Shown here: positions 19,495 to 28,666 of the stretch, piece after piece
How positions within the stretch are numbered: position 1 is the stretch's first letter
Layout: each line of letters starts with the position of its first letter
Assembly (NCBI GenBank): GCA_031291995.1
Contig: JARLHZ010000034.1
Location: forward strand, 14,915-78,914
Reading direction: 5' to 3'
DNA length: 64,000 bases
Source of the DNA: Candidatus Doudnabacteria bacterium
Lineage (GTDB): Bacteria > Patescibacteriota > Doudnabacteria > UBA920
Notes under the pieces: model-generated
Told to the model about the DNA's origin: nothing
What the model saw: only the letters and a program-made list of their open reading frames with translations
Database searches by the model: none
Made by a program: the position numbers and the translations under genes

Positions 19495-20511
19495 TTGTCC
19501 GAATTTCGCCAAAATCCAATTACAAAAAACTGGGTCCTTATTGCTCCCGCCAGGGGGAAGCGGCCGGATCAGTATAAAACTTACAGTGTTATGTTGGGCG
19601 TGCCGGAAACCGATCCGGCGTGCGTTTTTTGCGCGGGCAACGAACATTTAAACCGGGAAGTTTTACGTTTGGATTCAAGCGGCGAGCGGACCACGGGGAA
19701 GGATTGGGAAATACGGATTATTCCAAATAAATTCGCGGCACTGGAACAGACGGCGGTTTACCGCCACAAAGAATTTTATATTTCCCACAGCGGGGACGGC
19801 GAACATGAGGTCATAATTACGCGAAACCACAATGAGCCGGTCGCTTTGCAGTCCATTGCGGTAGTGGAACTGTCTATTCGCACATTCATCGAGCGGATAA
19901 AAACCTTTGCCAAAAACCCGGAGCTGGCTTATGTGCAGATTTTCCATAACCATGGACGCGACGCCGGAGCCAGCATTATCCATCCGCATTATCAATTACT
20001 GGCCACTCCTATTGTTCCGCCCCATGTCCACAGTGAAATTTTAGGGTGTTACCATTATTACCAGACCCACAAAAGTTGCGTATATTGTGATATTATAAAG
20101 GAAGAGCTGGAAGTAAAACACCGCGTGGTTCACGACAGCGAGCATTTTGTGGTAATTTCCGCTTACGCCAGCCGCAGCCCGTTTGAAACCTGGATTTTGC
20201 CAAAAAAGCACGGCGCGCGGTTTGAGGATATGGGTGAAGAGGAAATTAAACACCTGTCCTTCGTTTTAAAAGTGACGCTCGGCCAGCTGTATACTAAACT
20301 TTCCGACCCGCCGCTGAATTTTTATATCCACACCATGCCTCTTCGCCAGCAGGGCGGCATGCACAGCACCTACGAAGAAAAAGATTTCCACTGGCACCTG
20401 ACCATCTTCCCCCGCATCACCATTTGGGCCGGCTTCGAATTCGCCACGGGGATTCCGGTAAACCCGATAGCGCCGGAGGTGAGTACGAAGTTTCTTAAGG
20501 GAGAGGGTTGA
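19495..20511 (+). CDS. galT: Galactose-1-phosphate uridylyltransferase family protein
   Basis: CVFCAGNE, PNKF, GASIIHPHYQ (HxHxQ) and AGFE motifs. Confidence 0.9.
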   Translation: MSEFRQNPITKNWVLIAPARGKRPDQYKTYSVMLGVPETDPACVFCAGNEHLNREVLRLDSSGERTTGKDWEIRIIPNKFAALEQTAVYRHKEFYISHSGDGEHEVIITRNHNEPVALQSIAVVELSIRTFIERIKTFAKNPELAYVQIFHNHGRDAGASIIHPHYQLLATPIVPPHVHSEILGCYHYYQTHKSCVYCDIIKEELEVKHRVVHDSEHFVVISAYASRSPFETWILPKKHGARFEDMGEEEIKHLSFVLKVTLGQLYTKLSDPPLNFYIHTMPLRQQGGMHSTYEEKDFHWHLTIFPRITIWAGFEFATGIPVNPIAPEVSTKFLKGEG

Positions 20512-20552
20512 TAAAAGAGGGTGAAGGGTTGATAACACAATGCAAAGATATT

Positions 20553-20912
20553 ATGCCAGCGAACTCTTATAAAAATCTGACAGCGTGGATTAAGGCTATT
20601 GAATTGGTACAGGAAATTTATGTCATTACTGATAAATTTCCAAAAATGGAATTGTATATTTTGGTCAACCAAATGTTAAGGGCGGCAATCTCAGTACCTT
20701 CAAATATAGCCGAGGGTTATAGAAGAAATCACAGATTAGAGTATATACAATTTTTATCAATAGCAATTGCATCCGCGGCTGAATTGGAAACACAGCTAAT
20801 AATTGCTAAAAATAGATACCCGCTCGTAGATTATCAAAAAGCGGAAATTTTATTGGACGAAATTCAAAGATTGTTGTACGTCACAATTAGATCTTTGAAA
20901 GGAGGTAAATAA
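20553..20912 (+). CDS. Four-helix-bundle protein (23S rRNA IVS protein / Avd-like family)
   Basis: SYKNLTAW, FPKMELY and QMLRAAISVPSNIAEGY motifs; SAAELETQL. Confidence 0.9.
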   Translation: MPANSYKNLTAWIKAIELVQEIYVITDKFPKMELYILVNQMLRAAISVPSNIAEGYRRNHRLEYIQFLSIAIASAAELETQLIIAKNRYPLVDYQKAEILLDEIQRLLYVTIRSLKGGK

Positions 20913-20946
20913 TGAATCTTTGTACTACTAACCCGAACACCACTAT

Positions 20947-21645
20947 ATGAAAAAACTTATTATCGCAAATTGGAAATTAAATCCTACCAACCTCAAAGAC
21001 GCTCAAAAATTGGCGGCGTCTATTTCAGTGAAGGCCAAAAATAAGGTCATTCTCTGCCCGCCGACGATTTATTTAGCCTCAATTAACTTTCCAAATATTG
21101 GGGCACAGGACTGTTTTTGGGCTGATAAAGGAACTTACACCGGCCAAACTTCGCCAGCACAATTAAAAGATCTGGGGGTGGAATATTCCCTCGTTGGCCA
21201 TAGTGAGCGGCGGGAAGTCGGGGACACGGACGAGATGGTGAATTTAAAGGTCAAAGCTTGCTTGGCAAATAAAATTACGCCGGTTTTATGCGTCGGTTTT
21301 GGAACCAAGGTAGAACAAGATGATTTAGAAGTGACCGATGTATTAAAGAGTCAGCTCGATATTAATCTTGCGGGAGTTGATGCTTCTAAAGTCGTGGTGG
21401 CATACGAACCGGTCTGGGCAATTTCAAAAGGTAACCCTTATATGACTAGAGCCGCTGATGCCGAACACGCAGAAAAAATGGCAATTTTTATTAAAAATAA
21501 ATATAAGGTTTCGAAAGTAATTTACGGAGCCAGCGTAAATCTTAATAACGCGAAGGGTTTTTTGTCCCAGCCTAATATAGATGGATTACTGCCTGGTGGT
21601 GTAAGTTTAATTTCAAAGGACTTTAATCAGATAATTAATTTTTAG
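20947..21645 (+). CDS. tpiA: Triosephosphate isomerase
   Basis: ANWK, VGHSERR and AYEPVWAI motifs. Confidence 0.96.
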   Translation: MKKLIIANWKLNPTNLKDAQKLAASISVKAKNKVILCPPTIYLASINFPNIGAQDCFWADKGTYTGQTSPAQLKDLGVEYSLVGHSERREVGDTDEMVNLKVKACLANKITPVLCVGFGTKVEQDDLEVTDVLKSQLDINLAGVDASKVVVAYEPVWAISKGNPYMTRAADAEHAEKMAIFIKNKYKVSKVIYGASVNLNNAKGFLSQPNIDGLLPGGVSLISKDFNQIINF

Positions 21646-21697
21646 GGAAGAGGATATTTATGACCCTATCTACCCTCACCCCTATCCCCTCATCAAT

Positions 21698-22141
21698 ATG
21701 ATCTACATTGCCTCTGACCACGCGGGGTTTGAACTTAAAAATAAAATTATTGCGCATCTAAAAGGCAGCAACCAGGCCGTGGAAGATTGCGGGCCGTTTA
21801 AAGTTGACCCGGATGACGACTATCCCGACTTTATTTATCCGTGCGCGCAAAAAGTCGCTCAAAACCCGGGCAGTATGGGTATAGTAATCGGCATGAGCGG
21901 CCAGGGTGAGGCGATTGTGGCTAATAAAGTCAAAGGCATTCGCGCGGCGCTTTATTACGGCGGCCATGAGGATATTATTAAATTATCCCGCCAGCATAAT
22001 AATTCCAATATCCTATCGCTGGGCGCGAGATTTTTATCGGTTGAGCAAGTCGAACGCGCCATAGACTTATGGATAGAAACCGGCTTTGACGGCGGCAGGC
22101 ACCAGAGAAGGATAGACAAAATTAACGCTTTGGAAAAATAA
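21698..22141 (+). CDS. rpiB: Ribose-5-phosphate isomerase B
   Basis: ASDHAGFELK, DYPD, ANKVKGIRA, HNNSN and GGRHQRR motifs. Confidence 0.93.
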   Translation: MIYIASDHAGFELKNKIIAHLKGSNQAVEDCGPFKVDPDDDYPDFIYPCAQKVAQNPGSMGIVIGMSGQGEAIVANKVKGIRAALYYGGHEDIIKLSRQHNNSNILSLGARFLSVEQVERAIDLWIETGFDGGRHQRRIDKINALEK

Positions 22142-22227
22142 CAGATGGAATTTACGAAGTACGAACAGGTACGAACTTACGAAGTTTGTCCGTTCGTAAG
22201 TTCGTAAACATCCATACTTCGTAAACT

Positions 22228-22866
22228 ATGTCGCAAATAGTCCCCGCAATTTTAGAGCAAACAAAAGACGGCTTTAACCAAAGGCTGTCTTTAGTGTTAA
22301 AAATTCCCGGCGTGGAGCGGATCCAGGTTGATTTTGGCGATGGAGAGTTCATTGAAAACAAACTTTTGTCTGCCGCGGACATGGACACGCTTAATCCGGC
22401 ATTTAATTGGGAAGCGCATTTAATGGTAAAAGAGCCGAAAGACTTTTTGGATTATCAGATTTGCGGGTTTAATACCTTGATTGTGCATTACGAAGCCTTC
22501 GCGTCGGCGGCGGAATTAAAGAAAACATTGAACGAAATAAAAAAAATGGGTTTTAAGAACGCGGTGGCAATAAATCCGGACACATCGGTCAATGTTTTAA
22601 AGGACATTATTGCGGATGAATACCTGGTTATGAGTGTGGTTCCGGGCAAACAGGGCCAGGAATTTATTGCCTCCACACCCCAAAAAATCCGCGACCTGCG
22701 AAAGCTATTCCCTCATGCTATAATAGAAGTAGACGGCGGAATAAACATCGGCAATGCCAAACTGGCCGCCGTAGCCGGGGCTGATTTAATATGCGTCGGT
22801 TCGGCTTTGGTTAAGGCTCCCGATGTTCCAAAAGCGTTTGAAGACCTGACATCCGCAATCCTTTAG
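22228..22866 (+). CDS. rpe: Ribulose-phosphate 3-epimerase
   Basis: EAHLMV, MSVVPGKQGQ and EVDGGIN motifs. Confidence 0.92.
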   Translation: MSQIVPAILEQTKDGFNQRLSLVLKIPGVERIQVDFGDGEFIENKLLSAADMDTLNPAFNWEAHLMVKEPKDFLDYQICGFNTLIVHYEAFASAAELKKTLNEIKKMGFKNAVAINPDTSVNVLKDIIADEYLVMSVVPGKQGQEFIASTPQKIRDLRKLFPHAIIEVDGGINIGNAKLAAVAGADLICVGSALVKAPDVPKAFEDLTSAIL

Positions 22867-22907
22867 TATTATGACGTAAGTCCTAAGTTTTAAAAATAAC
22901 AAGAAAT

Positions 22908-23744
22908 ATGAAAAAACTATCGGGTAAGGATTTAAAACTCAAAGCCAACGATATTAGGCGGGACATAATCAAAATGCTTGTGGAAGCCAAAAGCGGACAC
23001 AGCGCCGGTCCTTTGGATATGGCGGATATTTTTGCCGCGCTTTACTTTAATGTTATGAATGTTCATCCTGAAGATCCAAAGTGGGAAGGCAGAGATTACC
23101 CGGTGTTGTCGTGCGGCCATATTTGCCCGGTACTTTACGCCGCCATGGGAGAGGCGGGTTACTTTCCGAAGGAAGAATTGTTGACTTTAAGAAAATTCGG
23201 CACGCGCCTGCACGGACATCCGCATAACCTGGCATTGCCCGGCATTGAAACTTCATCAGGTCCTCTTGCCCAGGGCAGCAGCCAGGCCGTGGGAATTGCC
23301 CTTGGTTTAAAAATGGATAAAAAACCCAATTATGTATATCTGGTTGTTTCGGACGGCGAACAGCAGGAGGGCCAAACGTGGGAAGCGGTTATGATGGCCG
23401 GAAAAAACCATCTGGATAATTTAATCGCGGTTATGGACAGAAACCGCATCCAAATAGACGGCAACACCGAAGACATTATGCCGCTGGACGACGTTAAGGC
23501 CAAGTACGAAAGTTTTAACTGGCATGTAATTGAAATTGACGGAAATAATATGGACGCGGTATTAAAGGCCTACGAAACCGCTAAGACAGTTAAGGGCAAG
23601 CCGATAATGATAATCGCGAATACTTTGGCCGGCAAAGGCGTAAGCTTTATGGAAGGCGACTACAAATGGCACGGCATGCCACCGAACAAGGAGCAGGGAG
23701 AGAAGGCGTTGGGAGAGCTCGTGGCGGAAAGGGAAAAAATTTAG
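22908..23744 (+). CDS. Transketolase, N-terminal subunit
   Basis: SGH, LSCGH, GHP and SDGE...EG TPP-binding motif. Confidence 0.93.
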   Translation: MKKLSGKDLKLKANDIRRDIIKMLVEAKSGHSAGPLDMADIFAALYFNVMNVHPEDPKWEGRDYPVLSCGHICPVLYAAMGEAGYFPKEELLTLRKFGTRLHGHPHNLALPGIETSSGPLAQGSSQAVGIALGLKMDKKPNYVYLVVSDGEQQEGQTWEAVMMAGKNHLDNLIAVMDRNRIQIDGNTEDIMPLDDVKAKYESFNWHVIEIDGNNMDAVLKAYETAKTVKGKPIMIIANTLAGKGVSFMEGDYKWHGMPPNKEQGEKALGELVAEREKI

Positions 23745-23842
23745 TGTCATTGCGAGTGCATCCGAAGCAATCTTTTTATAAATAGACTGCTTCGTCGGCT
23801 GCACTCATCGTAACGACATGACCTCTATCACAAATAAAATTT

Positions 23843-24817
23843 ATGATCAAACTTAATCCAAAAATCGGACAAAGCGATATTGAGCAGGAACCTACGCGTA
23901 AGGGCTATGGTCTGGGCGTGGTTGATTTAGGGGACGCCGATAAAAATGTTGTCGTACTGACCGCGGATTTGGCCGAATCGACTATGGTGCATGAATTCCA
24001 GAAAAAATTTCCGGAACGGTTTGTGGAATGCGGCGTGGCCGAGCAGAATATGATGGGCGCGGCCGCGGGCTTGGCACTTTACGGTAAAACCGCGTTTGTC
24101 TCGTCGTACGCCGTATTTTCTCCCGGACGCAGCTGGGACCAGATGCGGGTTTCGGTTTGTTACAGCGAGGCTAACGTTAAAGTGGCGGGCGCGCATACGG
24201 GGGTTACAGTTGGTCCAGATGGCGCAACCCATCAAGCGTTGGAAGATGTGGCGATAATGCGCGTGCTGCCGAATTTGGTCGTGGAAGTTCCGTGTGACTC
24301 CATTGAAGCACGTAAAACCGTCGTGGCGCTCGGAAAAATGAAAGGCCCGGCATATTTTAGATTGGGGCGCTCTAAAACCGCGGTTATAACAACATCGGAG
24401 ACTCCTTTTGCGGTGGGCAAGGCGGAAATTTTCCGCGACGGATCCGACGTGGCGATTATTGCCAGCGGTCCGGTTTTATATAATGGCTTGTTGGCCGCAA
24501 TAGAATTGGAAAAAGAAGGCATATCGGTTATGGTGGTTAATAATCATACTATTAAACCAATTGATAGCGCGACAATCATCGAGGCGGCTAAAAAGTGCGG
24601 CGCAGTGGTAACTTTGGAAGAACACCAAACCCAAGCCGGTTGCGGCAGCGCGGTTTGCGAAGTTTTAGCCATGAATTATCCGGTCCCCGTAGAAATGGTC
24701 GGCATGCCCAACACCTTTGGCGAGTCCGGCGAGCCGGAGCAGCTGATACAAAAATACGGAATGGGGAAGGATCATATTATGGAAGCAGTTAAAAAAGTTC
24801 TTCAGCGGAAGAAGTGA
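23843..24817 (+). CDS. Transketolase, C-terminal subunit
   Basis: ADL, GVAEQNM, DGATHQ and EEH motifs. Confidence 0.93.
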   Translation: MIKLNPKIGQSDIEQEPTRKGYGLGVVDLGDADKNVVVLTADLAESTMVHEFQKKFPERFVECGVAEQNMMGAAAGLALYGKTAFVSSYAVFSPGRSWDQMRVSVCYSEANVKVAGAHTGVTVGPDGATHQALEDVAIMRVLPNLVVEVPCDSIEARKTVVALGKMKGPAYFRLGRSKTAVITTSETPFAVGKAEIFRDGSDVAIIASGPVLYNGLLAAIELEKEGISVMVVNNHTIKPIDSATIIEAAKKCGAVVTLEEHQTQAGCGSAVCEVLAMNYPVPVEMVGMPNTFGESGEPEQLIQKYGMGKDHIMEAVKKVLQRKK

Positions 24818-24828
24818 AACCTCTTTAT

Positions 24829-25207
24829 GTCATTCCGAGGGAGTGCATCCGACCGAGGAATCCCTTAGTATATGAAAGAGTATCAATATTTCGTATATAT
24901 AATGGCCAGTAATAGCGGCACGTTATATACTGGCATAACAAGTGATTTGTATAAAAGGGTTTATCAGCATAAAAATAACCTAATTGAAGGTTTTACAAAA
25001 AAATACCAATGTCATAAACTTGTCTATTTTGAGGAAACTACCGAGGCGGAATCGGCGATTGCAAGAGAAAAGCAAATTAAAGGTTGGAGCAGGTGGAAGA
25101 AGGAAGATTTGATAAGGTCAAAAAATTTTTACTGGGAAGACCTATCCAAAAGCTGGGAATAATAAACTAAGGGATCCCTCGGCCGTATTCCCAGGCCTCG
25201 GGATGAC
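24829..25207. mobile_element. GIY-YIG cassette 1 with inverted GTCATT-type flanking palindromes
   Basis: Left GTCATTCCGAGG...GAGGAATCCCTTAGT; right ACTAAGGGATCCCTCGG...CCTCGGGATGAC. Confidence 0.65.
24872..25162 (+). CDS. Stand-alone GIY-YIG nuclease
   Basis: YFVYIMAS..GTLYTGIT..L.KRVYQH, LVYFE and AIAREKQIKGW motifs. Confidence 0.92.
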   Translation: MKEYQYFVYIMASNSGTLYTGITSDLYKRVYQHKNNLIEGFTKKYQCHKLVYFEETTEAESAIAREKQIKGWSRWKKEDLIRSKNFYWEDLSKSWE

Positions 25208-25535
25208 ACATGGCATAAAAATGAAAATTTTTAGCTTAAAGTCAAGAACTGGTTTGGTGGCATGGAGTATAATATTAGGATTTATCATTAATGTTATAGT
25301 AAGTGCTTTAGCTTACGCATTTGGTTACGTTGAAAGAACCCCGGCATTTTGTTTAACTTGTATATCACCTCAAACGGTGAGTTATTTTTATGGATTTCCA
25401 TTTCAGGTTTGGTTGGATCGATTTTCAAGTCCGGGCATTTGGGAATATTATTTTTTCTTTAACTTGCTTTTTTGGATTTTTGTCATTTTAGTCATTTTAA
25501 GTTTGATCAGATATTTTAAGCATAAGAAAGTGTAG
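25203..25535 (+). CDS. Hypothetical membrane protein
   Basis: Two TM segments; CxxC; YGFPF. Confidence 0.6.
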   Translation: MTHGIKMKIFSLKSRTGLVAWSIILGFIINVIVSALAYAFGYVERTPAFCLTCISPQTVSYFYGFPFQVWLDRFSSPGIWEYYFFFNLLFWIFVILVILSLIRYFKHKKV

Positions 25536-25589
25536 TTAGCCCATTTATGGGCTGCTGTGATAGGAACAGCCGATAAATCGGCTAACTAC
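25532..25589. repeat. GTAG-type REP doublet in inverted orientation
   Basis: GTAGTTAGCCCATTTATGGGCT ... AGCCGATAAATCGGCTAACTAC. Confidence 0.7.
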
Positions 25590-25600
25590 AAAAAACAAAA

Positions 25601-26614
25601 ATGTTTGACATAATCAGCATCGGCGATCCGACAATAGACACGTTTTTGATTGTTAAGGACGTGGAAATAAAGGAAATTAACGGGCAAAAAAAAGCTCTGA
25701 TTAATTGGGGCGACAAATTGCCTGTTGATCAGTTTTATCGTACCGTCGCGGGCAACGCGGCTAATAACGCCGTGGGTAGCGCCCGCTTGGGCCTGGTAAC
25801 GGGATTCTATTGTGTCGTGGCCCACGACACCGGCGGACGCGAAATCGTCCACAAAATGGAAAAAGAAGGCGTGTCGGCTCGCTACATCATCAAAAACGAC
25901 AAACATCCGACCAATGCCTCCACGGTTCTGTCGCATGACGGCGAGCGCACGATTTTTGTCTATCATGAGCACCGGCATTATAAACTTCCCGAGTTCGCCC
26001 ATTCCAAATGGGTCTATTTAACTAGTATGGGGGTGGGGTTTGAAAAAATTTATAAAGATTTGGCCCGCTACCTCGACCGATATAAGGTAAAATTGGGTTT
26101 TAACCCGGGCACGTTCCAATTGCGGGCCGGCCCTAAAGCCAATGCGGAAATGTTAAAACGGACGGATTTGTTGTCGGTAAATGTCGAGGAGGCTCAGAGC
26201 TGGGTGGGGGAACACGGGCGTGACCCGGAATTGCTTTGCAAACATCTGATGAAGCTGGGTGTCAAAGCTGTGGCACTTACCGACGGCCGCAAAGGCGCGT
26301 ATAGTTATTCCAATGACGGCTTTTACTATATAGAAGAATATCCCGGTCCAAGGATTGAGGCTACGGGGGCCGGGGATTCCTTTACCACGGCCTATATTGC
26401 CGCTTTGGCGCACGGCCTTTCGCATAAAGACGCGTTGCGCTGGGGACCGATGAACGCGGGCTCGGTTGTCCAGCAAGTCGGCCCGCAGGCCGGTCTTTTG
26501 ACCAAAAAAGAAATGGAAGGCCAGTTAAAAAAATTGAAACAGTTCCAGGTGGTGGAAATCACGGAAGAAAATAATGAAAAATTAAAGGAAATGGTCAGTA
26601 AGAAAAAGGATTAA
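25601..26614 (+). CDS. PfkB-family carbohydrate kinase
   Basis: AGNAANNAVG..RLG and TGAGDSF motifs. Confidence 0.9.
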   Translation: MFDIISIGDPTIDTFLIVKDVEIKEINGQKKALINWGDKLPVDQFYRTVAGNAANNAVGSARLGLVTGFYCVVAHDTGGREIVHKMEKEGVSARYIIKNDKHPTNASTVLSHDGERTIFVYHEHRHYKLPEFAHSKWVYLTSMGVGFEKIYKDLARYLDRYKVKLGFNPGTFQLRAGPKANAEMLKRTDLLSVNVEEAQSWVGEHGRDPELLCKHLMKLGVKAVALTDGRKGAYSYSNDGFYYIEEYPGPRIEATGAGDSFTTAYIAALAHGLSHKDALRWGPMNAGSVVQQVGPQAGLLTKKEMEGQLKKLKQFQVVEITEENNEKLKEMVSKKKD

Positions 26615-26644
26615 ATTTATAAAATTGGTGTAATTAAGGAACTA

Positions 26645-27187
26645 AGATTCCTGCCTTCGCAGGAATGACACAAGTGTACTAATCCTAGAGGCGGGTATCT
26701 CCTAGTGAGTCATTCCTGGCAGTAGCATCCGAGACCAGGAATCTTGAATCCCATGAAGAATTATTTTGTTTATATATTGGCAAGTAAAAAAGATGGAGTA
26801 TTGTATATTGGAGTTACAGGTGATTTAATAAGAAGAGTATGGGAACATAAAAATAACATAATAGAGGGTTTTACCAAGAAGTATTTTGTGCACCGGTTAG
26901 TATATTTTGAATCAACGACAGATGTTGAAAGTGCAATAAACAGGGAGACGCAATTAAAAAGATGGAAGCGCGATTGGAAAATTAAACTTTTTGAAAAAGA
27001 TAATCCCAATTGGGAAGATTTATATCCAAAAATAATTTAAGATTCCTGCCTTCGCAGGAATTACGCACTTAGAATATGTCATTCCTGGCGAGTGCAGCCG
27101 AGACCAGGAATCTTACAACCAAACTGGTATTAAAATTTATAACTTTTATCATAAATAATTTAAGATTCCTGCCTTCGCAGGAACGAC
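26645..27187. mobile_element. GIY-YIG cassette 2 inside an array of five dRS3-like palindromes
   Basis: AGATTCCTGCCTTCGCAGGAA(T/C)(G/T)AC at 26645, 27040 and 27163; GTCATTCCTGG..CCAGGAATCT at 26709 and 27078. Confidence 0.7.
26753..27040 (+). CDS. Stand-alone GIY-YIG nuclease
   Basis: YFVYILAS..GVLYIGVTGDLIRRVWEH, AINRETQLKRWKRDWK and NPNWEDL motifs. Confidence 0.93.
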   Translation: MKNYFVYILASKKDGVLYIGVTGDLIRRVWEHKNNIIEGFTKKYFVHRLVYFESTTDVESAINRETQLKRWKRDWKIKLFEKDNPNWEDLYPKII

Positions 27188-27200
27188 ATAAAGGGAAAAC

Positions 27201-28223
27201 ATGAAGACAATCAAAGTCGGCATAAATGGGTTTGGGAGGATTGGCAGGCAGGCGTTTAAAATCGCCCTGGAGCACGAGGAAGTGGAAGTGGTCGGTATTA
27301 ACGATTTAACTTCTACTGCCGTCCTGGCGCATTTGCTGAAATATGACAGCGTTTACGGGCGTTATCATCATAAAATTGAATTTGACGAGACAAACATAAT
27401 CGTCGAAGGTAAAAAATATCCGGTATCCGCGGAAAAAGATCCGGCGGCATTGCCGTGGGGCAAGCTCGGCGCGGAAGTGATTATTGAATGTACCGGCCGA
27501 TTTACCGACAGCGAAAAAGCCGGCGCGCACTTAAAAGCCGGCGCGAAAAAAGTGGTTATTAGCGCTCCGGCTAAAGACGAAGGCATTACGCCCACAATCG
27601 TTTTGGGCGTTAATGAGCAAAAATATACCGGCCAGAACATCATAAGCAACGCTTCCTGCACTACCAACTGTATTGCGCCGGTTTTGGCGGTTATGAATGA
27701 AACCTTTGGCGTAGAAAAAGCGCTAATGTCCACAATCCACAGCTACACCGCCGAGCAGAATTTGGTTGACGGGCCGCCGCCGGGGGGGAAATCCAACGAC
27801 CTTCGCCGGGCGCGCGCCGCGGCTTTAAATATTATTCCGACCACGACCGGCGCGGCCATTTCAGCTACTCAGGCCATTCCGGAGCTAAAAGGCAAGTTTG
27901 ACGGCGTATCGTTCCGCGTGCCTACCCCCGTTGGTTCGTTATCGGATTTCACAATGCTCCTTAAGAGAAATGTGACCAAAGAAGAAATCAACAAGGCCTT
28001 TACCGACGCGGCCGCAACCAAGCGTTTTAAGGGAATTTTGGAAGTAACCAACGAGCCAATAGTATTATCGGACATAGTCGCCAATCCCGCATCTTCGATT
28101 GTCGATTTGGCCTTAACCCAAGTTGTGGACGGAAACTTTGTTAAAGTCGTCGCCTGGTATGATAATGAGTTTGGCTACAGTCATAGGTTGGTGGAAGAAG
28201 TAATAATGGTCGGTAAATCATAA
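27201..28223 (+). CDS. gap: Glyceraldehyde-3-phosphate dehydrogenase
   Basis: INGFGRIGR, SNASCTTNC and WYDNE motifs. Confidence 0.98.
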   Translation: MKTIKVGINGFGRIGRQAFKIALEHEEVEVVGINDLTSTAVLAHLLKYDSVYGRYHHKIEFDETNIIVEGKKYPVSAEKDPAALPWGKLGAEVIIECTGRFTDSEKAGAHLKAGAKKVVISAPAKDEGITPTIVLGVNEQKYTGQNIISNASCTTNCIAPVLAVMNETFGVEKALMSTIHSYTAEQNLVDGPPPGGKSNDLRRARAAALNIIPTTTGAAISATQAIPELKGKFDGVSFRVPTPVGSLSDFTMLLKRNVTKEEINKAFTDAAATKRFKGILEVTNEPIVLSDIVANPASSIVDLALTQVVDGNFVKVVAWYDNEFGYSHRLVEEVIMVGKS

Positions 28224-28225
28224 TA

Positions 28226-28582
28226 ATGATGAAAATTACCAGAAAAAATTCTGTAATATTTGGGTTAATTTTTGCGGTCTCGTTTATCGTGGTGTATTTT
28301 CTGCAAAATTATATTTTGGTCGCTTTTGGTCTTGATTATTTTAACAGTCTTGGACTCGCATTTCTTCTGCCCTTATGTATTGTCTTTTTTTCTGAGGTTG
28401 CTATTTTGTATTTTAATCAGGAATTACCAATAAAAGAAAAATTTGTTGATTTTATTGTTGCGGGCATTTCCTTTGTTGTCGCGTTGACGATAGTTTGGTA
28501 TGGGGCGGTATATCTCCTTGCTTCTCGAAGTTACAATCTCGAAGGCTGTCATGCGGCAAATGGCATAAACTGCGGTGTTTAA
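28226..28582 (+). CDS. Hypothetical membrane protein
   Basis: Three hydrophobic segments. Confidence 0.55.
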   Translation: MMKITRKNSVIFGLIFAVSFIVVYFLQNYILVAFGLDYFNSLGLAFLLPLCIVFFSEVAILYFNQELPIKEKFVDFIVAGISFVVALTIVWYGAVYLLASRSYNLEGCHAANGINCGV

Positions 28583-28599
28583 GTTATAAGTCGGTAATC

Positions 28600-28622
28600 G
28601 TGTCAAGGGCGACCCTTGACAC
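28600..28622. repeat. Short REP-like palindrome
   Basis: GTGTCAAGGG-CGA-CCCTTGACAC perfect 10-bp stem with no T tail. Confidence 0.5.
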
Positions 28623-28666
28623 TCAATATTTAATCAATCCCACGAGGGTGGATTAATAAAAAATAT

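Noticed and set aside
20553-20912. Diversity-generating retroelement suggested by the Avd-like protein
   Set aside because: No reverse transcriptase and no TR/VR pair differing at adenines is visible in the window.
26645-27187. CRISPR array
   Set aside because: The repeats alternate in orientation and type, the spacing is irregular with a gene inside, and no cas genes are present.
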